DNA from: an uncultured Pseudomonadales bacterium
GTDB taxonomy: Bacteria; Patescibacteriota; Microgenomatia; UBA1400; Chazhemtobacteraceae
Assembly: GCA_964618725.1 (NCBI GenBank)
Contig: CAZUBK010000002.1
Span: forward strand, 3,992 to 67,991
Direction of reading: 5' to 3'
Length of the DNA: 64,000 bases
Positions within the stretch are counted from its first letter, which is position 1. The number at the start of each line of letters is the position of its first letter. The notes below the pieces were generated by a model. It was given only the letters and a program-made list of their open reading frames with translations. It did no database searches and was not told the DNA's origin. Positions 9,634 to 17,304 of this stretch are shown here, piece by piece. A program made the position numbers and the translations under genes.

Positions 9634-10299
9634 CTACTTGATTATCTGGATTTCTTTGATGACGACATTGGTGAGGGGGCGGTCACTGGCATCGGTAGGA
9701 ACGCTGACAATTTTATCAACAATTTCTTGACCTTTTGTCACTTTGCCGAAGATAGTATGTTTGCCATTGAGCCAGGTGGTCGGAGCAGTGGTGATGAAGA
9801 ACTGAGAACCATTGGTGCCAGGCCCAGAGTTAGCCATGGCGAGCATATAAGGCTCGGAAAAGGTTAGAGAGGAGTCAAATTCATCGGCAAAGCGGTAGCC
9901 TGGCCCGCCTGTACCATTACCAAGTGGGTCACCACCCTGGATCATGAAATCTTTTATGACGCGATGGAAAATGGTGTTGGAATAAAGGGGGGTATTGGTT
10001 TTTTCTTGTCTGGTTTTGGGGTCGGTCCAGTTTTTGCTGCCGTCAGCAAGACTGGCAAAGTTGGCAACAGTTAGAGGTGCTTTGTCTGAGAAAAGCTTTA
10101 CGGTGATCTCACCGAGTGAGGTTGTTATAACGGCTACGGCAGCCGGAGTGGCTTCATTGATTGGAGTCGGGGTTGGCATAGGAGTGGGAGTACTAGAAGT
10201 ACTTAAAGGCTGATTAGTAATAGTTTTGGGGGCAGGGGTAAAGAGGGTGCAGGAGGAGAGGAGAAAAGAAGCGAGAAAAAGAATGAGCACTCGAGACAT
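9634..10299 (-). CDS. Cyclophilin-type peptidyl-prolyl cis-trans isomerase, lipoprotein
   Basis: Lipobox LLSSC, Pro/Thr-rich linker, cyclophilin core FHRVIKDFMIQGGDP...MANSGPGTNGSQFFITT. Confidence 0.85.
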   Translation of the reverse strand: MSRVLILFLASFLLSSCTLFTPAPKTITNQPLSTSSTPTPMPTPTPINEATPAAVAVITTSLGEITVKLFSDKAPLTVANFASLADGSKNWTDPKTRQEKTNTPLYSNTIFHRVIKDFMIQGGDPLGNGTGGPGYRFADEFDSSLTFSEPYMLAMANSGPGTNGSQFFITTAPTTWLNGKHTIFGKVTKGQEIVDKIVSVPTDASDRPLTNVVIKEIQIIK

Positions 10300-11028
10300 T
10301 TGCCGATTGTAACATGTGTTAGTATTGGTTTTATGGAGTCAAAGGGAAGAAAGATACATGCACAAGCCGAGGTTGCTCGAGAAAAAGGAGAGTTTGTCGA
10401 GGCTTTGAAATTTACTGATGAAGCGATGGTGGTGTACCAAGAAGAAGGAGACAGGCTGGGATTCTCAGAGGTTCAGGCGTCGAGATTCTTGACGTTACGT
10501 CATTTATACGAGAAAACAGATTGGCGAGGGTATTTAATTTTGGCAAAACAGAATGCAGAAGCATCGGTTGAGTTGGCAGAAGCAAGTGGAGATTTAAAGA
10601 CGCTTGCATTACCTTACTTCAATCTGGCAAAAGCCCGGGAAGAGCTGGAGCAGTATCATGAGGCAATTGAGTCATACAAGAAGGCGATTGAGAATATGGA
10701 GAAGAACCCAGCGGAGCAACATAATCGGGCAGGAGTAATAGCAGATATGAAGGAACACCTGGCGGTGTGTGAATACAAAACGGGGGACAAAGAAGCGATT
10801 GGGCGGGCGGAGGAGGCAATCGCCGAGCTGGCGGGAATAAATGAAGAGAAATACAACAAAGATGTCTGGATGTCGGGTGGATATATAAGGATAGCGGAAG
10901 TGTTAAAGAAAGATGATCCTAAGAAAGCGAGAGAGCATTTAGAAAAAGCCAGAGAAATCATTGACGCCAATCCGGAGCTGGTATTAAGAAAAAAGCAGTG
11001 GGAGAAGTTGGCAGCGAGCTTTGAGTAA
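10300..11028 (+). CDS. Hypothetical TPR-like helical-repeat protein
   Basis: Repeated amphipathic helix pairs (EAIESYKKAIENMEK...). Start may be the internal Met 12. Confidence 0.4.
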   Translation: MPIVTCVSIGFMESKGRKIHAQAEVAREKGEFVEALKFTDEAMVVYQEEGDRLGFSEVQASRFLTLRHLYEKTDWRGYLILAKQNAEASVELAEASGDLKTLALPYFNLAKAREELEQYHEAIESYKKAIENMEKNPAEQHNRAGVIADMKEHLAVCEYKTGDKEAIGRAEEAIAELAGINEEKYNKDVWMSGGYIRIAEVLKKDDPKKAREHLEKAREIIDANPELVLRKKQWEKLAASFE

Positions 11029-11070
11029 TCGGGTTTTCAGAGTTATTTTATTTCATGGTAGCATGAAGGC

Positions 11071-11421
11071 ATGACCGGGACAATTGTTGTGGGAGTGATC
11101 ATTTCGTTGATGTTTTTAGTGTCTTTTACAGAGTGGTTCTATCATATCGCTGCTGGAGTTAACGAGGTGGCAGTTCGCGATTTGTTTTTTTTCTACCGGA
11201 TTGGAGGATGGATAGTAGGAGGAATTTTGTTCATAGGAGGAGTCTTTTGGATTTTGGCGCTTACCAATGAATGCCCAGTGGTGGGTCGGGAGAGGGTGGG
11301 GATTTTTAGATATCTTAACTGCGATGTCTACTGGGAAATGAGAAGTTTTGTGGAAGGAAAGTCGGTGCCCTTACTTATGGAAGAGGCTGCCAACAAGTCT
11401 CCCAAACTTGACGACAAGTGA
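11071..11421 (+). CDS. Hypothetical small membrane protein (3 TM)
   Basis: Hydrophobic segments. 3' end overlaps the convergent DUF4258 gene by about 50 nt. Confidence 0.35.
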   Translation: MTGTIVVGVIISLMFLVSFTEWFYHIAAGVNEVAVRDLFFFYRIGGWIVGGILFIGGVFWILALTNECPVVGRERVGIFRYLNCDVYWEMRSFVEGKSVPLLMEEAANKSPKLDDK

Positions 11422-11718
11422 GAAGACGAGACGTTGGATTAAGGGTTGTTGTGAACCGACGTGATGGGAGTATTTCTTGTAGGCGCCGGAGTGGGTTTCT
11501 TTGGTATAGGTGGTGAGGATGAGCCATTGATTGTCTTGGGGTTTGGCGACGATACAGACAAGTTTGCCACCGAAGTTCTTGTAGAATTTGTAGCTGCCGT
11601 CCCGGGAATTCTCGGTATTGTCGGGGTGGCGAAGGGTCGACCAGACCTCGTTGTCGCCGATGCCACGTTGTTTACTTCTTTCTTCAACGTGTTTGGTCCA
11701 GATAAAGTTGTCAGGCAT
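11371..11718 (-). CDS. DUF4258-family protein (putative RNase toxin domain)
   Basis: N-terminal FIWTKHVEERSKQRGIGDNEV...ends LILTTY. Matches the DUF4258 signature (i.TkHA.eRm.eRgI...vVITvY). Confidence 0.55.
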   Translation of the reverse strand: MPDNFIWTKHVEERSKQRGIGDNEVWSTLRHPDNTENSRDGSYKFYKNFGGKLVCIVAKPQDNQWLILTTYTKETHSGAYKKYSHHVGSQQPLIQRLVFSLVVKFGRLVGSLFHK

Positions 11719-11729
11719 AGATCAGTAGA

Positions 11730-12146
11730 TTATCCCTGCGTTAGGTCGGGGTTCTCCTTGGGAACAGGAGGTAGGCTAGGGTTTTGGGCAACCGGGGTGG
11801 AAGGGAGTGGAGTGATTGGTGCAACGACAGATGGAGTAGGAGGCGTAACAACAGGGGGAGTGACTCCTAGGCCACCAACGGCTTGATTGAGGTCTTGTTG
11901 AGCAGAGGCAATATCAACGGGGGGTAGAGATGCCGGAGGAGTTGAAGTTACGAGTGGAGTGACTGAAGGAGTGGGGATTGGAGGAGCAGCCGGAGTAGGA
12001 GAAACGGGAGGTATATCAAAGGGAGTAGCAGGAGTGGAATTGATAGGAAGTGTCGTGGTGTCCATTGGGGGAGTAGTGGGGATTGTGGGTAGTACGTTTG
12101 GAGTACTGATATTGGTGGCGTTTGGGTCTTGGGTGTTTGGATCCAT
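11730..12146 (-). CDS. Pro/Thr-rich intrinsically disordered protein, no signal peptide
   Basis: 138 aa, more than 50% P/T/S/V. 11 nt upstream of the DUF4258 gene, same strand. Confidence 0.35.
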   Translation of the reverse strand: MDPNTQDPNATNISTPNVLPTIPTTPPMDTTTLPINSTPATPFDIPPVSPTPAAPPIPTPSVTPLVTSTPPASLPPVDIASAQQDLNQAVGGLGVTPPVVTPPTPSVVAPITPLPSTPVAQNPSLPPVPKENPDLTQG

Positions 12147-12228
12147 TTGGGATTAGTTTTTATTAGTGACTAAGGGCCATGGTACGGGAAAAGAGAGGTA
12201 GGTGTCAAGAACCGGCAATGAGACCTGT

Positions 12229-13011
12229 TTATTTCAGCCAGTTAGTAGTTGTAACTTTATGCAAGGCTACTTCTAGTTTGGTGATGAATTGCTCTAATCT
12301 CTCTATTCTTGTTTTTGGTGTTTTTTTGTTTTCTATCGTTGAATGTGCCTTCAAAAGATCATCAATGGTCGGATCGTTTATCTTATGTCCGTACATTTCT
12401 CCTGATACCAACCAACCCTGACTAGTGATCCCCAACCCTCCCCGTTCATGTCTATTGGGTACGACCAAAATCTCTGTCACCCATTTTCCTTCATTGATTT
12501 CGTCTACTATTATCAACGCCTCGACCAATGAACTAACCAGTTCTTCAGTTCGTGCCTCTAGAATTTTCTTTGTTTCTTTTTCTATCTCTAGCTGTTTTAG
12601 TCTTTCTAGTTCCCCACTCAGAGAATCCAGAAAATCTTGGACGACATCGTCCCAATGGTCTTTGAGATATTTTTCGGGTAAGGAACTTAGCTTAGGTAGA
12701 TCATTTTTGAGTATTCTGGCTGCTTCTTTTAAGCTGATAAAATCGTCGTCATCGATACTCAAGTAGGCCATAAGAAGCACATCCCAATCCCATTGGTCAT
12801 TGTCCGCTATTTTTGTTTCAATACTGGGAAACTCTTTGTCGGCGCTGAAGACAGTCCACCAAGTACCGTCTTTTTTTAGGACTAAGCTTTCACCCATTTG
12901 ATGAGCTATAAAGGCATAGATTTCATTGCTTTTGTCTAACTGTCCTAAAATCTCATTTGCCTGAACAGTTAATTGTACTTCCCGGTCGCTTTGTCTTTCT
13001 TTTTCTTTCAT
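12229..13011 (-). CDS. Hypothetical protein (260 aa), no recognised domain
   Basis: Long ORF with normal composition, acidic middle segment. Flanked by XRE and Pro/Thr-rich genes on the same strand. Confidence 0.4.
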   Translation of the reverse strand: MKEKERQSDREVQLTVQANEILGQLDKSNEIYAFIAHQMGESLVLKKDGTWWTVFSADKEFPSIETKIADNDQWDWDVLLMAYLSIDDDDFISLKEAARILKNDLPKLSSLPEKYLKDHWDDVVQDFLDSLSGELERLKQLEIEKETKKILEARTEELVSSLVEALIIVDEINEGKWVTEILVVPNRHERGGLGITSQGWLVSGEMYGHKINDPTIDDLLKAHSTIENKKTPKTRIERLEQFITKLEVALHKVTTTNWLK

Positions 13012-13095
13012 ATTGTTAAAGTAACACTAAGGAAAAATTCTGTCAAGGTTGATTGAAATATTCTTATAAACAAGTGGGCAGTGAGAATAAAGAAA

Positions 13096-13386
13096 TTATC
13101 TTTCTAGGAAATGAATCTCTAGTTTTTTGTCTAAAGCATGGGCGATTTTTTCGATGAGTGAGATGGAGGGGTTAACAGCCATGGATTCTATACGAGAGAT
13201 TACGGCCTGGGTAGTTTTGGCTTTTTTAGCTAGTTCACGTTGAGAAACATTGCTCTTTATTCTTGATTGAATTATTTCTCTGACTAATTGATACTGTGTC
13301 TCACTAGCCTCCCATTCTTTTTTAAAGTCAGGGTCTTTAAGCTGTTTTTTTAGATAGTCCTCGAAATTGGTCATTTGGTTAGTCAT
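13096..13386 (-). CDS. XRE-family helix-turn-helix transcriptional regulator (Cro/C1 type)
   Basis: HTH SQRELAKKAKTTQAVISRIE. 96 aa, HTH only. Confidence 0.7.
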   Translation of the reverse strand: MTNQMTNFEDYLKKQLKDPDFKKEWEASETQYQLVREIIQSRIKSNVSQRELAKKAKTTQAVISRIESMAVNPSISLIEKIAHALDKKLEIHFLER

Positions 13387-13413
13387 GTGCCTATGATATC
13401 TGATTAGATATCA

Positions 13414-14646
13414 TCATACAAGTTCTCTAACTCTCCCGAATCCAATGCTGTCAGGAACGTGAGTGTCAGCTAGAAGGGCGGGGGTTGAAGCAATGGTCAG
13501 TTCTCCCCAAGTAGAGTTGATTTTATCAATGGCGGAGGTCAAGTGGGAGTCTTTAAGGCGATCGGTAAAAAGGCTTAATTGGAGTTGAGAAAAAGAGGAG
13601 AGAGCAAAGCAATTAACGGCAGTATGTTTGACAAATGAGTGCTTTGGGGCGGAGCGTAGAAGAGTCTTGAGTAGATGAAGAGCAGTTTTGTCATCAAAGA
13701 AAGGCTCTTTGACAGTGAGATATTGGTGAAAGGGAAGGGCATCTTTATATCCCAGATAAAGGGAAAGTCCTTTGGCCTGAAAGTTTTTTTGACGCATCCG
13801 GCGAGTGGCTTTTTGGAGAAGCTGACTCAAAATGGGAATAGTTTGGGGGAGGGGGAGCGGCTTTGGCAAGACAAAGGAGTGACCAAAGCTTTTGGGGGCT
13901 TGCTCGGTGAAGCTGACCTGAATACCTCTGAGTCTCAGGCGCCAATATTGAGCAGCAGCCGAACCGAGAGCACTTTTGAGAAGATCTAGGGGGGCGTGGT
14001 AGAGATCCAGAACTGTGGTAATACCAATTGGGTAAAGGTGAGAAGCGAGGCGGTGATTAATACCGCAAAGATCGGTCACCTTAAGGGAAGAATAGAGAGA
14101 TAAATAATTGTCTTTATTAATGACGATTAAGCCATTGGGCTTTTGGATACCAGCGGCAATTTTGGCTAAGTAACTGCTGGGAGCAAGACCAATAGAGACG
14201 GTGATATAGTCGCCGATTTCCTTTTTTATCCGATCCTTTATATCTAGGGCAATATAATGCAGATCTTGATCTAGTTGTTGATTGAGAGTTAGGTCAAGAT
14301 TGAACTCATCGATCGACCAGGCGGAGACGAGATGGGTGTAACTAAGGAGAAGTTGTTTGAGAAGTTTATGAACATGGCGATATTTGTCGGGGTCAGGCAA
14401 CAGACAATTGAGTTTGGGACAAAGAGCGAGGGCTTCTTTTAAACGGGTGCCAGTTTTGATACCTAAAGCTTTGGCTTCGTAAGAAGCAGCAAGAATACAA
14501 CCAGAGGGGCCGAACCGGGCAACTACAGCAGTGGGAAGACCGCGAAGATGGGGATTGGCTTGTTGCTCGATGGTGGCAAAACAGGAATTGATATCGACAT
14601 GGAGAAAAGCGACAGGGGAGGCGGTGAAATCAGCCAACTTGTCCAT
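13414..14646 (-). CDS. Y-family DNA polymerase (DinB/UmuC-like, translesion synthesis)
   Basis: N-terminal LHVDINSCFATIEQ (catalytic Asp motif), palm/fingers/little-finger length of 410 aa. Confidence 0.8.
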   Translation of the reverse strand: MDKLADFTASPVAFLHVDINSCFATIEQQANPHLRGLPTAVVARFGPSGCILAASYEAKALGIKTGTRLKEALALCPKLNCLLPDPDKYRHVHKLLKQLLLSYTHLVSAWSIDEFNLDLTLNQQLDQDLHYIALDIKDRIKKEIGDYITVSIGLAPSSYLAKIAAGIQKPNGLIVINKDNYLSLYSSLKVTDLCGINHRLASHLYPIGITTVLDLYHAPLDLLKSALGSAAAQYWRLRLRGIQVSFTEQAPKSFGHSFVLPKPLPLPQTIPILSQLLQKATRRMRQKNFQAKGLSLYLGYKDALPFHQYLTVKEPFFDDKTALHLLKTLLRSAPKHSFVKHTAVNCFALSSFSQLQLSLFTDRLKDSHLTSAIDKINSTWGELTIASTPALLADTHVPDSIGFGRVRELV

Positions 14647-14939
14647 CGGAGATCTCTTCTAATTGCCAGGTTAAGTTCTCGGTATTGAGTTTGAGGCGAA
14701 AGAAGAAGTGATGACTAATAAAAGAGAAGACGTGATAGAGGGTATTGCCAAGACGATATGAGTGGCGGAGACCAAGTTTGGTGACGGGATAAGAGCGGCC
14801 GCGCCAAATTAAAGACTTGGGCCAGATTTGATGGAGATCAAAAAATAAATTGACGGAGACTGGTTCGGATATTCTTTGGATCATGCTCTAGTTTTAGTCC
14901 AAACAAGACCCGAATGTCAAGAAGAGAAAAATCCCCCGA

Positions 14940-15977
14940 TTAGGGGGATTGAGGAAAGAAGGGCTGGCCGTAATCCCTGATTTGAATTGGAATCAGATTG
15001 TAGGTAATTAGCTGGCTATCTTGGAAGGTAAGGCTGGCAAGTTGACCCTTGGTGGTGGCCTCTGACCACATTTGGTCAAAGACGAAGTTGCCCAAAGAAT
15101 AGAAGATGAGCTTGCCACGGTACTTTTCGACGGTTTGCGGTACATGGGGATGGGTGCCAATGATAAGGTCAGCACCAGACTCGATGGCGAGGTGGCCCAA
15201 GTTAATTTGGTTAGAGTTAGGCTTAATTTGATACTCTTGCCCCCAGTGGAAGCTGACAATGAGAATGTCGACTTGTGAATTGGCGGCTTTGATGCGGTCG
15301 ACAACTTCGGAGTCGCTGATAACAAAGTGATCGGCGCGTTGCCTAATGCGATTGAAGCCCAGAAAACCAAACTTGATACCGGAGTGGTCGATGATAACCA
15401 AGTGATCCTGGTCGCTTGGCTTGATGCCGGCTGTCTCGAGGGCTTCTATAGTAGAAAGGTAGCCCTTAGAGTAATGATCTTCAGAGTGATTATTGGCAAT
15501 ATTGACGACATCGATGCCGGCGTAAACCAATCCCGAAGTGGTTTGGGTAGGAGCACAGAAGACCATGCTAGAGTCATCGATTGGACAGGGATCAATTAGG
15601 GGATTCTCTAAATTTATTAGGGTGATATCAGCAGTGGAGAGAATCGTCCGTACCTCTTGGAAGGGCCAAGTATAGTCGGGACCCTTTCTTTGAATCTGGT
15701 GATTAACAGTACGTCCTAACATGACGTCACCAGTGGCGAGGATAGTAGTAATGATGGGTTTCGGAGTCGGAACAGCAGTGGGAGTAGGAAGAAGAGGGGT
15801 CAGAGTAGCAGGGAATACTGTAGGTGGGAGAATAGAGGTGGGAATAATTGTAGAAGCTGAGTTGGGTGTATTTGTCTGTGATGGAGGTAATGGAGTCGAT
15901 GTGTTTTCTGGGGATAAGTTTGTTGTACATCCGGTGAGAACCAAAGCAATTAAGCTGAATAAGAATAGATGTTTCAT
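14940..15977 (-). CDS. CapA/PgsA-family metallophosphoesterase (poly-gamma-glutamate synthesis-like), lipoprotein
   Basis: Lipobox LTGC, Pro/Thr-rich linker, GDVMLGR...NLENP...NNHS...GTHPH motifs. Confidence 0.7.
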   Translation of the reverse strand: MKHLFLFSLIALVLTGCTTNLSPENTSTPLPPSQTNTPNSASTIIPTSILPPTVFPATLTPLLPTPTAVPTPKPIITTILATGDVMLGRTVNHQIQRKGPDYTWPFQEVRTILSTADITLINLENPLIDPCPIDDSSMVFCAPTQTTSGLVYAGIDVVNIANNHSEDHYSKGYLSTIEALETAGIKPSDQDHLVIIDHSGIKFGFLGFNRIRQRADHFVISDSEVVDRIKAANSQVDILIVSFHWGQEYQIKPNSNQINLGHLAIESGADLIIGTHPHVPQTVEKYRGKLIFYSLGNFVFDQMWSEATTKGQLASLTFQDSQLITYNLIPIQIRDYGQPFFPQSP

Positions 15978-16082
15978 CTTGCCTACTCTATACCAACTAA
16001 GCTAAGAACGTTAAGGAGCGATTAGGGCATTCTAAAGGAAAAAGCAGAAAACCGCAGTGGGAACTGCGGCTAGATTTTAAGG

Positions 16083-16595
16083 TCAAACCCCTGGAAAGTT
16101 GGGATTGATTAGAATAAGAATTATTTCGATCCCCTTTGGTTTTATTTCTTCCTGGAAATTAGTTTTGACACATTCTTCAATGGAGATATCACTATCTAAT
16201 TCCGGATTCATACTGTGCACAGATCCACAAGTTTCGAATGCAAACTTCATGGTTTGTTCTGTCTTTTGGATTAGTTGATCGGCGGTGAGATCCTTGCCGT
16301 AATAATTTCTTGTCATTTCATTATTGCGGGGCATTATATCAATTACAGCCTTAATATGGATGCTAAAACCCAGATAACTGTCTCTCGTGGAAACATAATC
16401 GTCAACAATCAGACGATGAGAAGTATTCTGTTGTTCTATTTCAGCCTTGATATTTTGGTCAGCTTTGTATCCCTGCCAGAAAAAATAAAGCCCAACCGCT
16501 CCTATGACTAAAGAAAGTGCGAACAAGGATCTAGAAACAAATTTAACTTCCAAATGAACACTCCTTTGTAGATCTTCTGTTAGAGGAGTATACAC
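16083..16595 (-). CDS. Hypothetical N-terminally anchored protein
   Basis: TM LFALSLVIGAVGLYFFW, then soluble domain. Confidence 0.4.
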   Translation of the reverse strand: MYTPLTEDLQRSVHLEVKFVSRSLFALSLVIGAVGLYFFWQGYKADQNIKAEIEQQNTSHRLIVDDYVSTRDSYLGFSIHIKAVIDIMPRNNEMTRNYYGKDLTADQLIQKTEQTMKFAFETCGSVHSMNPELDSDISIEECVKTNFQEEIKPKGIEIILILINPNFPGV

Positions 16596-16753
16596 CAGAA
16601 TGAATCTCTTTTCAAGTTATGGGACGGAGTATCTCATTCAGTTGCCGGATCGGAATTCATGTGACATTTTTTGAAGTGTTGGGCAAATAGGGAACCAAAC
16701 ACCATTCTGAATATTGGAAACGGAATTTGAATTAGTTGGTGTAATATCTAGGA

Positions 16754-17256
16754 ATGAATGTGAAGGAATTTGAGAGTGAATCTACAATATCACTTAAGAA
16801 AGCTACTCTCCTATTGTTGGTTCGCGAAGGCGAAGTTCTATTGGCTATGAAAAAGAGAGGTTTTGGTATGGGTAAGTGGAATGGGTTGGCGGAAAACCAA
16901 ATCCAGGAGAAGAAATCTTTGAAACAGCAATTAGAGAATCGGAAGAGGAAATTGGAGTAACACCCATAGACACCCGGCATATAGCTATATTTAAATACTA
17001 CTTTCCTCATGACAACTTTGGGATGGAGGTCTGGGTTTTTACAGCATCTGAGTGGCACGGAGACCCAGTTGAATCAGAGGAAATGAAACCACAGTGGTTT
17101 GAGATTGGAAATATTCCATATATAGAAATGTGGTCTGGTGATGAGATTTGGATGCCTAAAGTACTATCAGGTTCCTTTTTGAAAGGTAGCTTTATCTTTA
17201 ATGAAGAGGGTGGAGTAGTTGACCATTACATTGAAGAGCTAAATCCTATTGGCTAA
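16754..17256 (+). pseudogene. MTH1/NUDT1-like NUDIX 8-oxo-dGTP diphosphatase, reading frame broken by a 1-nt loss in a G-run near 16888-16892
   Basis: Frame A (16754-) gives ...LLAMKKRGFGMGKWNGLAEN*. Frame C (16876-) gives VEWVGGKPNPGEEIFETAIRESEEEIGV (Nudix box). Restoring one G (gttggcgg to gttgggcgg) yields ...GKWNGLGGKPNPGEE..., collinear with human MTH1 ...GRWNGFGGKVQEGE... Confidence 0.6.
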
Positions 17257-17304
17257 GACGTAAAATTCAAAAAGGAAATTCTTTGTGATGTTTTGACTAG
17301 TGTT

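Noticed and set aside
14630-14884. 84-aa minus-strand ORF overlapping the Y-family polymerase start by 17 nt (possible YolD-like partner)
   Set aside because: No motif I can recognise, and the start is unclear. Mentioned in a finding but not listed as a feature.
16732-17058. 108-aa minus-strand ORF antisense to the NUDIX gene
   Set aside because: Overlaps the Nudix-box coding region on the opposite strand; no features of a real protein.
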